A stretch of DNA of 64,000 bases from the IMG/VR virus record IMGVR_UViG_3300018414_000006, positions 1-64,000 of that record; one strand, 5' to 3'. The notes beneath the pieces were generated by a model, which worked only from the letters and a program-made list of their open reading frames with translations, did no database searches and was not told the DNA's origin. The translations under genes and the position numbers were made by a program. Source of the DNA: a virus (taxonomy: Duplodnaviria; Heunggongvirae; Uroviricota; Caudoviricetes). How positions within the stretch are numbered: the first letter of the stretch is position 1; every line of letters begins with the position of its first letter. Of this stretch, positions 8,148 to 17,576 are shown piece by piece.

Positions 8148-9653
8148 ATGGTCACTAGAAAAAAAGCAACTCTTTCAGATTTGATTCCCACAAAAGATCA
8201 GGATGTTTTATTTGAATCGCTTCGAGAGTTTGGCAAGCGTAACATGACGATATACGCGGCCGCTGTAAATCTGGACAGATCAGTTCCTGATCTTTTTGAC
8301 GGACTCAAAACGGTTCAAAGGCGCGTGCTTTACGGAACGTTCAAAGAAGCATCCTCACAGTTTGAAAAAACCGCGCGTGTTGTGGGCACCGTTCTGGGTA
8401 GATACCACCCGCACGGGGATCTGTCTGTAGTAAAAGCCATTGAGACAATGGTGCACACTGCTACGCCCGTAGTGACTGGCGAAGGAAACTGGGGCAACAT
8501 GATCGATGGCTGTGCGGCAATGCGTTATACCGATTTGAGATTATCCCAATTCGGAAAAACTTTCTTTGATCCTGATTACATTAACAGTCAGGTAACTTCC
8601 TTCATACCGAATTACGATGATAAAGATGTTGAGCCAGTGACTTTGCCCGCACAACTTCCTAACGTTTTGATGAATGGAAATTCTGGAATCGGTGTAGGTA
8701 TAACAACTACGCTACCTTCATTCACACCCGAATCAATTCAGACTGTTTTGAAAAAAATGCTACAGGGTGAAAAACTGGAAGCTGCTGATTTTGCAAAAAC
8801 TTTGAAGTACGCTCACAAGTGGGGAGGACAACTTGTTAGAACAAAAGAAAATCAGCAGGCATGGCTGAATCTGTTTCAAGGAACCGCAGCTTCTGTATTG
8901 TTTGAATCGGATATTGAAGTAGATCGAGATCATAAACAAATGGTAATTTCGGATTGGCCTCAAGGAACTGATCTTGAAAAATTTGTGAGCAAGATTCGAG
9001 CTATGCCTGAATGCCTGTCTTGTCAGAACTCCAAAGGCTCAATTACCTACACGATCAAATGCAAACCTGCTTATAACTACAATCAGTTTGACAAGTTTCT
9101 TGACAAGGTGAAACGTGCAACACGACAAAAACGTTCTTTCAAACTTAATGTTACTTTGCGGGAATCGCGCACGGTCGATGGCGTAACTACCTTTGAAACA
9201 AAATTTCTTGCAATGTCTGTTCCAGAAATTCTAGTGACATGGCTTCATCTTCGTCTTGATCTTGAACGTCGCAGCCTTGAATGTCGTATCGAAAAACAGA
9301 ATGTTGCTATTGCATATTCTGAGTTACTTCTCTATGCATGCGATAAACTTGACGCAATTTTCAAAGCATTGCGATCCACCGACCCAGAAAGCACAATGAT
9401 GCGTTTGCTCAAAATTACACGTGATCAGTCACAGCAGATCCTGGAATTGAAAGTGCGTCAGTTATCAAAACTGGATCAGTCTGAAATCAGACAGAAATTG
9501 AAAGATCAACAAATGCATTTGAGGCAATTGCAGGCGTGGTTGAAAAAACCGCGCAGCAAGGTAGCACTCGATATAGACAAGACACTTGAATGCATACAGC
9601 GAGATCGTGATGTAGTCACAAAACGCGAAACTCGAAAATTGCAAGTAGTATGA
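8148..9653 (+). CDS. Topoisomerase II DNA breakage-reunion subunit (T4 gp52/GyrA N-terminal-like)
   Basis: LKTVQRRVLYGT (GyrA LKPVHRRVLYAM), YHPHGDLSVVKAIETM (YHPHGDSAVYDTIVRM), and AMRYTDLRLSQ with the catalytic-Tyr motif (AMRYTEIRL). Confidence 0.85.
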   Translation: MVTRKKATLSDLIPTKDQDVLFESLREFGKRNMTIYAAAVNLDRSVPDLFDGLKTVQRRVLYGTFKEASSQFEKTARVVGTVLGRYHPHGDLSVVKAIETMVHTATPVVTGEGNWGNMIDGCAAMRYTDLRLSQFGKTFFDPDYINSQVTSFIPNYDDKDVEPVTLPAQLPNVLMNGNSGIGVGITTTLPSFTPESIQTVLKKMLQGEKLEAADFAKTLKYAHKWGGQLVRTKENQQAWLNLFQGTAASVLFESDIEVDRDHKQMVISDWPQGTDLEKFVSKIRAMPECLSCQNSKGSITYTIKCKPAYNYNQFDKFLDKVKRATRQKRSFKLNVTLRESRTVDGVTTFETKFLAMSVPEILVTWLHLRLDLERRSLECRIEKQNVAIAYSELLLYACDKLDAIFKALRSTDPESTMMRLLKITRDQSQQILELKVRQLSKLDQSEIRQKLKDQQMHLRQLQAWLKKPRSKVALDIDKTLECIQRDRDVVTKRETRKLQVV

Positions 9654-9657
9654 TTCT

Positions 9658-9799
9658 GTTGCACAAAAACAACAGTGTTGCAATTATGCAACACTGTTGT
9701 ATTTTTACAACACACAGCAACAGAAAACTGTGTTATACTGTAAGTGTGGCAACAGGTAACAGCCACCACGTAATCACAATCCTAACGTAAAGGATCATC
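9658..9799 (+). promoter_or_regulatory. Conserved promoter/operator module, copy 1: TTGCACAAAAACAACAGTGTTGC, the palindrome CAACAGTGTTGC-N6-GCAACACTGTTG, an extended -10 TGtTATACT, a 5'UTR hairpin GTGGC...GCCAC and the leader CCTAACGTAAAGGA
   Basis: Near-identical copies are at 10240-10355 and 17637-17763, with a variant at 25588-25672. The palindrome spans 9670-9699 and TATACT sits at 9733-9738. Confidence 0.55.
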
Positions 9800-10219
9800 A
9801 TGAAAATTCCCTCAGATCTTTTTTGTGGACTGTTTGATTCTGATGAGTTGTGTATCTTGAAAACTCTGTATGAACGATATGCACCCAGATCACAATCTGA
9901 AATCTCTGTAGGAAGAAATCGCATCTGTATAAATCTCGGAGCTTACATCATAAAGCTACCTCGAAATGGGGCAGGATTCATAGATAACGATTGGGAAGGA
10001 TCTATCAGTAACGCGCCGGGTGAAAATACTGAAACTGAAATTCAGTATCCGCACACACGCCTTTTTTACGTGAAAAAGAAAGTCCCCATTTTGTTTATGG
10101 AGACAGTGACCCCCGCACCTTTTTTGAAAAGTCCCGAGTGGGTTTATGCAATTGACTCCGGGCAAGTCGGTTATACAAAACGTGGCAGGCTTGTGGCATA
10201 TGATTATGGCATTCGGTGA
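9800..10219 (+). CDS. hypothetical protein (139 aa) flanked on both sides by the promoter module
   Basis: ORF. There is a weak resemblance to a kinase catalytic-loop/DFG pattern (YAIDSGQVGYTKRGRLVAYDYG), but the protein is too short to call. Confidence 0.45.
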   Translation: MKIPSDLFCGLFDSDELCILKTLYERYAPRSQSEISVGRNRICINLGAYIIKLPRNGAGFIDNDWEGSISNAPGENTETEIQYPHTRLFYVKKKVPILFMETVTPAPFLKSPEWVYAIDSGQVGYTKRGRLVAYDYGIR

Positions 10220-10239
10220 GAATGAATGTAGAACCAACA

Positions 10240-10355
10240 ACAGTGTTGCGTAATTGCAACACTGTTGTAAAAATACAACACACAGCAACAGAAAACTGTG
10301 TTATACTACAGGTGTGGCAACAGGTAACCACGTAATCACAATCCTAACGTAAAAG
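10240..10355 (+). promoter_or_regulatory. Conserved promoter/operator module, copy 2
   Basis: Same palindrome (CAACAGTGTTGCGTAATTGCAACACTGTTG) and the same TGTGTTATACT -10 as copies 1 and 3. Confidence 0.5.
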
Positions 10356-10456
10356 GACGATGATCTGCACAAGTCGTTGTAAATTCTAGGACGCCCTGTG
10401 ATCACGACGACTGAACAATCGTCGTGATCACATCTCTAACGTAACGGAGTCTTGAA
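10356..10456 (+). pseudogene. Apparent deletion remnant of a paralog cassette: start context (AGGACGATGATC, a 7-codon ORF) fused to the gene-end context (aaattctagg) plus the conserved CACGACGA hairpin and leader
   Basis: Compare 18470-18552, where an intact paralog ends in aaaaattctaggttaatc and is followed by the hairpin GCACGACGACTG-ttaa-CAGTCGTCGTGC and then the next ATG. Here the gene body is missing. The hairpin GTGATCACGACGA-ctgaacaa-TCGTCGTGATCAC lies at 10398-10431. Confidence 0.3.
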
Positions 10457-10732
10457 ATGGATTTAAAATATCCCGTTGTGCTAACACTCAACATAGACGG
10501 CACTTTTATTGTCACTTTTCCGGATGTGCCCGAGGCAATCACTGTCGGAAAAAATGAAGAAGACGCTTTACAGCGGGCACAAGATGCACTGATGAGCGCA
10601 TATGTTTTTTGTTACAAAGAAATGAATCGTTCATTTCCTCAACCCTCTCAACCGAAGCCGGGACAACGCACTGTTACGCTATCGCTAAATCATTTTATCT
10701 GGACTTCAAAATGGCAAAGTACGATGATCTGA
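10457..10732 (+). CDS. HicB-like (UPF0150) antitoxin-fold protein
   Basis: MDLKYPVVLTLNIDGTFIVTFPDVPEAITVGKNEEDALQRAQDALMSAY matches the canonical HicB N-terminal pattern (MKYPVVIEKDEDGGYVASFPDLPGCHTQGDTLEEALENAKEAL). Confidence 0.45.
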   Translation: MDLKYPVVLTLNIDGTFIVTFPDVPEAITVGKNEEDALQRAQDALMSAYVFCYKEMNRSFPQPSQPKPGQRTVTLSLNHFIWTSKWQSTMI

Positions 10733-11158
10733 ATATAGTTCGTAGCGAACTGTCGAATACGTATCCACTTTCTTTTCTCAGAAAAGTCACAGATATTGCA
10801 ATAACAATTGCAGCAATATTTGAAAAAACGTTAATCATCTTGTGATAGATGCATATAGTATGTCATTGAATAATAATGATGGTATACTGAAAAAAGTGTC
10901 CAGTCTTACCTGAACTATATAATATTCATATGTTAGAAATTGATCTTGGTCACTATATTTTCATAAATATCAATCAGCATAGTTTGACAAACTATGTAGA
11001 TCGTATAAAATTCAAATCAATTTTATCTGAATGTGTTGCTTCTGGTGAAGCTCCAGATACTATCATGTATCCAGAGCAAGATGAACTGGAAAAATGAACA
11101 GAATTATCAAAAACTGTTTAACCGCAGTATATTAACTTTTTACAATTTGAGGAATCTT

Positions 11159-11971
11159 ATGGAAATGACTACAATGAAAGCAGCACCGAAATTCAAAGCA
11201 AGCGAGCTTGTTGTGCTGAATAAAAAAGGTCGGAAAAAATTCAAGAATGATCCGGCTTGGGGCAAAGAAAATTTGCTGAATTCCGTTTTCATTCTTATGA
11301 ATGAAAGCATTCCGCTTTTTCAGAATCGCTCCAAAATTAAGGGCAATGAGCATTTTTATCTGATCAATTATAAATTGTATAGTTATATTGTTCATGAAAA
11401 ATACCTTAAGCGTTTTGATACACCTGACTACTGTGTAGGTGATACCGTTCGTTTTATGTATTGTTCTGACTATCAGATGTCTGAAAAACAGAAGCTATAT
11501 GTAAAAGATAATTGGTCTGATCCTTCTAGTGTAATAAAATATGAATTCAAAGTTCTGGGTTTTGAATATGATAGTGTGTTGAAATCTTCTGTAATTGTTT
11601 CATGTAATGAGATTCCCGGGACACTCAAAGGAAATGTCAAATGGTTTTTATATTCACCGCCATGTGAATATAATGCATATGAAGAAGATGAAGATGAAGA
11701 TGAAGATGATATTGTAACTGTGGAAAAAATTCCTACTCGATTTAGAGATCTCGGATATCTTGTATCCTTTGTCACAGAATTTACACGCAGTCTGCCAGAA
11801 CCAGACATGATTTTTCTGAAAATCTCGGATGATCTGGCGATAAGAATTGAAGATTCAATTGATGTGAAATCCAATACTTTGCGACTACAAAATTTTACTG
11901 ACCCTAGATTACCTCTGTGTTATGTACATGGTTTCAAGAAAGACAAAAAAGTATTTCCAGTAAATGAATAA
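11159..11971 (+). CDS. hypothetical protein with a DEDEDEDD acidic patch (start moved to the ATG after GAGGAA)
   Basis: ORF 11033..11971. An internal in-frame ATG at 11159 has the ribosome-binding site GAGGAAtctt. Confidence 0.45.
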   Translation: MEMTTMKAAPKFKASELVVLNKKGRKKFKNDPAWGKENLLNSVFILMNESIPLFQNRSKIKGNEHFYLINYKLYSYIVHEKYLKRFDTPDYCVGDTVRFMYCSDYQMSEKQKLYVKDNWSDPSSVIKYEFKVLGFEYDSVLKSSVIVSCNEIPGTLKGNVKWFLYSPPCEYNAYEEDEDEDEDDIVTVEKIPTRFRDLGYLVSFVTEFTRSLPEPDMIFLKISDDLAIRIEDSIDVKSNTLRLQNFTDPRLPLCYVHGFKKDKKVFPVNE

Positions 11972-12092
11972 ATTAATCCTGGTCTGATGCCACACAAGTG
12001 TTAATTTTATTTTGCTAGTAAATAACAAGTGTGAAGTTATTTTCACACCTGTTTAATTAAAACCCTTCCTATCACATAAAAGGAAATTTAAA

Positions 12093-12494
12093 ATGGCAAC
12101 GCAACAAAAACAGAATTCGGTTCAAGTGCTCAAACAAGCAGTTTCAGAAATGAGCAAACTGTCTCGTGAAAATTCGAAAAAGGATCGAATCATTGAAAAG
12201 CTGGAAGAACGTGTAACAGCTCTTCGTGAAAAACTTTCCGGCGAAAAGACGCAGCGCAATGTCACAGCAAATAAATCCGCTGCAAAGCGAGGTCGTCCGT
12301 CGCGTAATACGCAAGAAGAAACTCCGGTTCGTCGTGGACGTCCTCCGAAAAATGCACCTACTGCACGTCGCACACATGAAACAGAAGACGATGTTTCTGT
12401 GGCAAAGCGTGGTCGTCCTTCGACGAAAAAGGCACCGATCAAATCGGCAAAGTCTGGAAAAAATGCTGCAACCGATCCGGGATTTTTCATCTGA
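12093..12494 (+). CDS. AT-hook protein 2 (paralog of 2856..3641)
   Basis: EETPVRRGRPPKNAPTARRTHETEDD is nearly identical to the repeat unit of the first AT-hook protein. Additional KRGRPS motifs and an N-terminal coiled-coil-like region are present. Ribosome-binding site AAAGGAAATTTAAAATG. Confidence 0.65.
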   Translation: MATQQKQNSVQVLKQAVSEMSKLSRENSKKDRIIEKLEERVTALREKLSGEKTQRNVTANKSAAKRGRPSRNTQEETPVRRGRPPKNAPTARRTHETEDDVSVAKRGRPSTKKAPIKSAKSGKNAATDPGFFI

Positions 12495-12530
12495 TTGAAA
12501 CAGCAAATATGTTTAAAAGGGAACAGCCTC

Positions 12531-12560
12531 GAAAAGGGATTGTTCCCTTTTGTCGTTTTG
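12531..12560 (+). terminator. rho-independent terminator (GAAAAGGGA-ttgt-TCCCTTTT + GTCGTTTTG)
   Basis: 8-bp stem, tetraloop and a T-rich tail, 37 nt after the stop. Confidence 0.6.
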
Positions 12561-12593
12561 TTACGAAGTTTTTTACCAACTTAAAGGAAAGTC

Positions 12594-13580
12594 ATGAAAA
12601 ACCTGCAACGTGTAGCAGACAATAATTTTGACAGGTTTCAGGCTCGATCTGGACTCACTACAAAAAATCAGTCACAAATGACAAAACTGATTCCAATTCT
12701 TCAACTGGGTTCAAAAAATGGACCCACTGAAGAACAGGCAAAGGCAAATCTTGAAAAAAGAATTCATACTCTTAAAAGTCTTCGAACCGCTTTGATAAAA
12801 GCAAATCTGAAAGTTGCAGATCTGTATCTTGCTGACACTGATACGCAACTCACGCGACTTACTTCTGCACGAAAATCGATGCAGAAAATCGCAGAGGAAA
12901 AATTGCCCATTGGAGTTTCAAGTCACATAAAAGCATGTCTTAATGAACTTACGTGTCTACGTGAGGGCGTGTTTATGGGAACAGCTACAACAAAGAAAAG
13001 TCTGGCAATTATTGCAGGAGCAAATGCGGTAGCAAGAGTCGATGAACTTCTGAAAAACACACGTACTAAACTTCTTGCAAAAACGCAGGTTGCTGCATCT
13101 GAAGATCAATATCTTTCTGAAGTGGAAAAGGTTCTTGAAAAAACACAAAAAGAATCAAAGAATATTTCTGATCTGCACAAACGTTCTTTTGTCATAACTC
13201 GTGTTCCAGTTATCCCTATTGCGCGTGGCCCTATTAATATTCAACGATTGAATAGTTCAGGAATTAAAACAGACACAATTGGCGGCTATCCTGTTCTGCA
13301 TAATCAGATGGTCATAGGAGTCAATAAGTCTTTTCTGAACCTGAAAGAATCAGAAGAATATAAATCACTTGATCCAGAACGAGTAAGAGAAGCTGCACAA
13401 AAAATTCTTGATTCAATATCAAAATCTACAAAACAGAAATTACATTTTGTGGATTCACGCCCCTACGGTGCGCAAGGTGGTGCCTGGTTTTGGGTAATGC
13501 CAGATCGTCAATTGAACATGTTTGCAAAATCTTTACCCGGAAATTCACTGAGACTGACTTCTTGGGGCTTTGCTTTCTAA
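12594..13580 (+). CDS. hypothetical protein (328 aa)
   Basis: ORF with ribosome-binding site TTAAAGGAAAGTCATG. Confidence 0.5.
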   Translation: MKNLQRVADNNFDRFQARSGLTTKNQSQMTKLIPILQLGSKNGPTEEQAKANLEKRIHTLKSLRTALIKANLKVADLYLADTDTQLTRLTSARKSMQKIAEEKLPIGVSSHIKACLNELTCLREGVFMGTATTKKSLAIIAGANAVARVDELLKNTRTKLLAKTQVAASEDQYLSEVEKVLEKTQKESKNISDLHKRSFVITRVPVIPIARGPINIQRLNSSGIKTDTIGGYPVLHNQMVIGVNKSFLNLKESEEYKSLDPERVREAAQKILDSISKSTKQKLHFVDSRPYGAQGGAWFWVMPDRQLNMFAKSLPGNSLRLTSWGFAF

Positions 13581-13591
13581 AGAGAAATTAC

Positions 13592-14146
13592 ATGATAGTA
13601 AATCAGATGTTTGTGTTACCTACCGAAGACACGCTGTATTATCTTTCACAAATATTCAGCGGATGCCCTTTTGATATTGATCTGTCATTGATGCACGTTG
13701 AGGTTAATTCCTCAGTTCAGGAAATGACTCCAGATCCTCTTTTGCTTTATAAAGCAACTGCTGGAACGATGGAAGTGTTCTTTGACACTGCTACGATGGA
13801 AACATCTTTGTTGCTTCCGTTAGAGAGTCGTTCTCTTGTTGAACGTTGTGCTGAATTGAGACAGACTGCGCCTTCTGCTTTTTATTCCAATTCTACAATG
13901 GGCGAAGACTATTATTTTCCATTCATGGTTGTAAAACGTAACATGCCTCCTCGTAGTCGTCATTATAGAAGTTTCATAAATTCGCTATCAAATACACTGG
14001 CCACTACTAGCGACTACCCACTTTTGTTCGAAGGTGAATTTATCGTGACTTCAGATTTCAGCAATGTTCCTGATTACGATTATTATTCTTCTCAGGTAGG
14101 TAATCATCTTCAGGTAACTTCCAGTTCAAAACTTCATCGAGCATAG
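13592..14146 (+). CDS. hypothetical protein (start set at the first ATG after the upstream stop)
   Basis: ORF 13490..14146 overlaps the upstream gene; the in-frame ATG at 13592 follows that gene's stop. Confidence 0.4.
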   Translation: MIVNQMFVLPTEDTLYYLSQIFSGCPFDIDLSLMHVEVNSSVQEMTPDPLLLYKATAGTMEVFFDTATMETSLLLPLESRSLVERCAELRQTAPSAFYSNSTMGEDYYFPFMVVKRNMPPRSRHYRSFINSLSNTLATTSDYPLLFEGEFIVTSDFSNVPDYDYYSSQVGNHLQVTSSSKLHRA

Positions 14147-14193
14147 TAAATAACTAAGTGTAACTCTCTTACCATCGAAACTGGTATCATGTC

Positions 14194-14679
14194 ATGTCAT
14201 CTTATGATGTCAATCTTACTGTCAAACATACGTTACTTCCGCATTGCTGGGTTTGTGGAAAAAGATTTCTTGATTCAACTCCACCCGGAATTGCTGTAAA
14301 AGAAATTCATCACATTGTGCCTCAGCAGGCAGGTGGAACGGACGGACCAACCGTAACTCTTTGCAATGAACATCACGACAAAGCGCATAGGATTGCGCTG
14401 CGTCTTGGTGCTAAAAAACCAAAACCTTATTTTGATTTACTTACTGGCGAGCCTGACATGTGCAGGTCTCGCCTTTTATGGCTTGCTACTGTAATCAGTA
14501 ATGCATTTGCGGCAGTAGCTAATGATCCCAATAAAAAAATAAATGTTGTGCTTGTTCTGACACGCAAGGAACAGTTGATCATTGATCGTTTAAAAAAAGT
14601 TTATCCATCACATAAGTCTCGTGCAGATATTTTCATGCTCGCACTAGAAAATCTGTATCGTAAAACATTTGCAAATTGA
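14194..14679 (+). CDS. HNH endonuclease
   Basis: CWVCGKRF...EIHHIVPQQAGGTDGPTVTLCNEHHDKAH gives the Cys pair, HH, and the N...H...H arrangement of the HNH motif. Confidence 0.65.
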   Translation: MSSYDVNLTVKHTLLPHCWVCGKRFLDSTPPGIAVKEIHHIVPQQAGGTDGPTVTLCNEHHDKAHRIALRLGAKKPKPYFDLLTGEPDMCRSRLLWLATVISNAFAAVANDPNKKINVVLVLTRKEQLIIDRLKKVYPSHKSRADIFMLALENLYRKTFAN

Positions 14680-14703
14680 AACTTTAAATGCTATTTTTGC
14701 CAC

Positions 14704-14732
14704 TTGCATTTTTTAATAGTTTGTGATATAAT
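14704..14732 (+). promoter_or_regulatory. sigma70-type promoter: -35 TTGCAT, 17-bp spacer, extended -10 TGaTATAAT
   Basis: Read directly: cacTTGCATtttttaatagttTGtgaTATAATat. Confidence 0.55.
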
Positions 14733-14799
14733 ATACAAACTCATAAAGGAGAAAATTTATACGTAAATTCTGCAATGAGATTCTAGCAACACGGATGCT

Positions 14800-15528
14800 G
14801 TGCATACTTTTTGCTTCAGCAAAATTTCACTTTTACACAATACGAGAACCATCGTGTTAAAACGTGATACACTCGGAAAAGCAAGTGCTCGTTCATTGAA
14901 TGAAGCGTTCAAATGTGGTGAATGCCTTCACTACAAAAATCATTCCCATTCTTCAAGAGAAAAAGTCTGTGCTGAAGAAGGAGTAAAACCTTTCGGCATT
15001 GCTCCAAAATGTTTTACTCCGAATGTAACAGCCTTGGCACAAAACTCAGATCAGTTTGTGCAAATTGCAACAATGTTTGAGTCATTTACTCCAAAACAGT
15101 GCCGGTTGTTGCTTGCGGTTTTGCGTGGTTCCAAAAACATGAATCGCAAAATCAAGTTTGGCACAAAACTGTATTTCAAGATTGGCAAAGACTACATTAG
15201 CAATTACGTATGTGGCTATGCTGTAGCTTACACAAGTTCCGGCGAACTCGTTTTGATGGGAAGTCCTGATGTGAAAACGCGAGGATCTTCTTTTACTGCT
15301 TATTTCAAAGGCAATGAAGGACTGCTGACACATTCTGAATGGTTACTGAAACGCAAGGAGCTGATTCAGAAAAATTTACTGTTCGACCCTGACAATCGCA
15401 TTGTCAAAAAATCGTCTGTAAAGGATGATTATATTCCACCCACGATTGACAGCAATCTTCAGATTCAGGAAGGCGTGAAGAAAAAAGTACGTGTTCGTAA
15501 AGACACTTATGAATTCCAGGTTCGCTAG
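14800..15528 (+). CDS. hypothetical protein (GTG start; start uncertain)
   Basis: ORF. An upstream in-frame TGA at 14776 prevents extension, and the AAGGAG at 14747 is too far upstream to serve this start. Confidence 0.35.
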   Translation: MHTFCFSKISLLHNTRTIVLKRDTLGKASARSLNEAFKCGECLHYKNHSHSSREKVCAEEGVKPFGIAPKCFTPNVTALAQNSDQFVQIATMFESFTPKQCRLLLAVLRGSKNMNRKIKFGTKLYFKIGKDYISNYVCGYAVAYTSSGELVLMGSPDVKTRGSSFTAYFKGNEGLLTHSEWLLKRKELIQKNLLFDPDNRIVKKSSVKDDYIPPTIDSNLQIQEGVKKKVRVRKDTYEFQVR

Positions 15529-15543
15529 ATAACGGGGGATATC

Positions 15544-16500
15544 GTGATTCAGGAACTTCTGGGAATTACACAATCACAGATGAAAACAATAGGAGGTGCA
15601 ATATTTGCCTATCTGTTCCATAGACCGAACTTCACGCAAAGAGACTTGATTGCATATATCAATAACAAAGAAACTTCGACACGTATCATAGGTGTTATAC
15701 GTAGAGAAGGCACTCTGTTAAAAAACTGCAAATTATACGCATGGGCAGCATTCAAGCATCGATTCTATGATGATGTCAAACCTCAATATAAAAACTATGG
15801 ACTTGATAGAAGTGACGCCCTGTTTCTGTCAAAACTGAATCTTGGTCACCTTGACAAACAGTTTCCTAGTTTTTCTCTTGTCGATTTCGATAGTCTTGTT
15901 GAACAGATAGTGTATGGTCCCAAAATGAAAGCGTACATCGGGCGTTATATCAGCAAAGTCATGACGTTTCTGATTCGCAGTTACGGAGTAAAGCGAGAAG
16001 ACCTGCAAGCGGAAATGCAGATAGCCGCAGTTCGCGCGCTGTACATTCATTATCCACGTTTTGAAACACTTTTGCATTTTGAAAATGTGGCCAAAACTAC
16101 AATTCATAACACTGGTCAAACATTGATTATGTATCACACTTCCCCTTCAAGACAACGGCTTGAATGGAATTCTGTAAAAGGAGATTTTGAACAGCTTCAG
16201 GTAGCTATGCAACATGCGGTAGAAATTAGTGCAGCAGATCCTTATCTGTATCATGTGAAAGACTCGATTCAGTCTCTTGTGAAACTGTCTACCCGTATGA
16301 GTCCTGAAGTACAAAGATTTTTATTATGCTGTGCAGGCCAACATGACAAAGAGTTTTCAGAATTTCTGGGTACTGATAATAGCATATTGGTCGATGAAGT
16401 TGCATGGTCACGATACATGTCAAAAACTAGAAAGTTTTTTAATGTATCTGAAGAGCAGGTGAATCTGCTATTTGAAAAACTTCGCCAAAAACTTTCTTGA
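15544..16500 (+). CDS. hypothetical protein (318 aa)
   Basis: ORF with ribosome-binding context GGGGGATATCGTG. Confidence 0.45.
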   Translation: MIQELLGITQSQMKTIGGAIFAYLFHRPNFTQRDLIAYINNKETSTRIIGVIRREGTLLKNCKLYAWAAFKHRFYDDVKPQYKNYGLDRSDALFLSKLNLGHLDKQFPSFSLVDFDSLVEQIVYGPKMKAYIGRYISKVMTFLIRSYGVKREDLQAEMQIAAVRALYIHYPRFETLLHFENVAKTTIHNTGQTLIMYHTSPSRQRLEWNSVKGDFEQLQVAMQHAVEISAADPYLYHVKDSIQSLVKLSTRMSPEVQRFLLCCAGQHDKEFSEFLGTDNSILVDEVAWSRYMSKTRKFFNVSEEQVNLLFEKLRQKLS

Positions 16501-16560
16501 GAAAAGACATATGAATTCAAAATAGAAATGTAAAACTCACTATCGAAACATGAATCCGAA

Positions 16561-16929
16561 TTGATGAAAAACTTAAAAATGATCACTGAAAAACAAATGA
16601 ATTCTATCAAGGAGCAATCAATTATGAATGAAGAAAATTCGCCGCGTCCATTCGTTTGCGAAGTTGATGGAACTACAATCACTGGAACCGCAGTAATACT
16701 ACAACATGCATTTAAGGATTACGGAGTTGATGTTGTCATTGAAAATCAGAAATACTATTTCGTAATCACACAGACCTGCATAGAACCGTTATTGTATTCT
16801 GTGTCATGGGTAAAGACTTTTGTGGTGGAAAAACTCACAACAATTGAGAACATAAAAATGCTACCTGTTGAACAGGCTTTTGAAAAAGCAATCTTTGCCT
16901 GCCATGACTTGTATCGTAGATACAAGTGA
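16561..16929 (+). CDS. hypothetical protein (122 aa)
   Basis: ORF. Confidence 0.4.
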   Translation: MMKNLKMITEKQMNSIKEQSIMNEENSPRPFVCEVDGTTITGTAVILQHAFKDYGVDVVIENQKYYFVITQTCIEPLLYSVSWVKTFVVEKLTTIENIKMLPVEQAFEKAIFACHDLYRRYK

Positions 16930-16947
16930 AAATCCAAACTAGATTTA

Positions 16948-17235
16948 TTGAAAATCATGAACAGCAAACACATTTGCAAAAAATGTGGTTTCACAAGAGG
17001 GCAGCATCAGGTTTATAGCTATAATTGTCCTGAAGGTGAAAGTTTTTCCCTCAAAGAAAACTTTTCACCTGATTTTGATCAACTTGAACTTACGGTAGCT
17101 CAAAAGAATTCAATTCATTCTGTTCTTGAACAGATAGAAAATATTCTTGATCTACAGAATCTTAACAATCAAGAAATACCACGCAAAGAAGTATTAGATG
17201 TTTTTTATTCTATCCGACAACATTATAGTATCTGA
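16948..17235 (+). CDS. hypothetical protein with CxxC...C motifs (95 aa)
   Basis: ORF containing CKKCGF...YNCPEGE. Confidence 0.4.
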   Translation: MKIMNSKHICKKCGFTRGQHQVYSYNCPEGESFSLKENFSPDFDQLELTVAQKNSIHSVLEQIENILDLQNLNNQEIPRKEVLDVFYSIRQHYSI

Positions 17236-17315
17236 CCTACATTTCTGGTTTCCCTTACTGCTGGTAATTTGCACTGGCCTTTCAGTCATACCATTATCTA
17301 TATGGAGATATCGTC

Positions 17316-17567
17316 ATGGATGCTCTGAAAAGAGTCAAATTGTTAAAAGAAAAGATGATGCCTATCCTTAGATTGGGACAAATCTTTGTAAATCTGTACA
17401 TTCAAGATGAAGATGCATTTAAAGAAGAACCTCTTGATGAGATATCTTTGCTGATATATGAATCGGATGGAACTGAAGCAGAGCATCGTATTTTGAACTG
17501 GCTGTGTGCGCATCATTATTTTTATGGGCACGAACCCGATATTGTAGATTCTTTTTGGAAGATTTAA
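17316..17567 (+). CDS. hypothetical protein (83 aa)
   Basis: ORF with ribosome-binding context GGAGATATCGTCATG. Confidence 0.4.
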   Translation: MDALKRVKLLKEKMMPILRLGQIFVNLYIQDEDAFKEEPLDEISLLIYESDGTEAEHRILNWLCAHHYFYGHEPDIVDSFWKI

Positions 17568-17576
17568 ATCTGGAAC

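Noticed and set aside
10984-11009. TTGACA ... TATAAA as a sigma70 promoter upstream of 11159
   Set aside because: The spacer is only 14 bp. The AT-rich 10840-11150 region probably does contain promoters, but none could be pinned down confidently.
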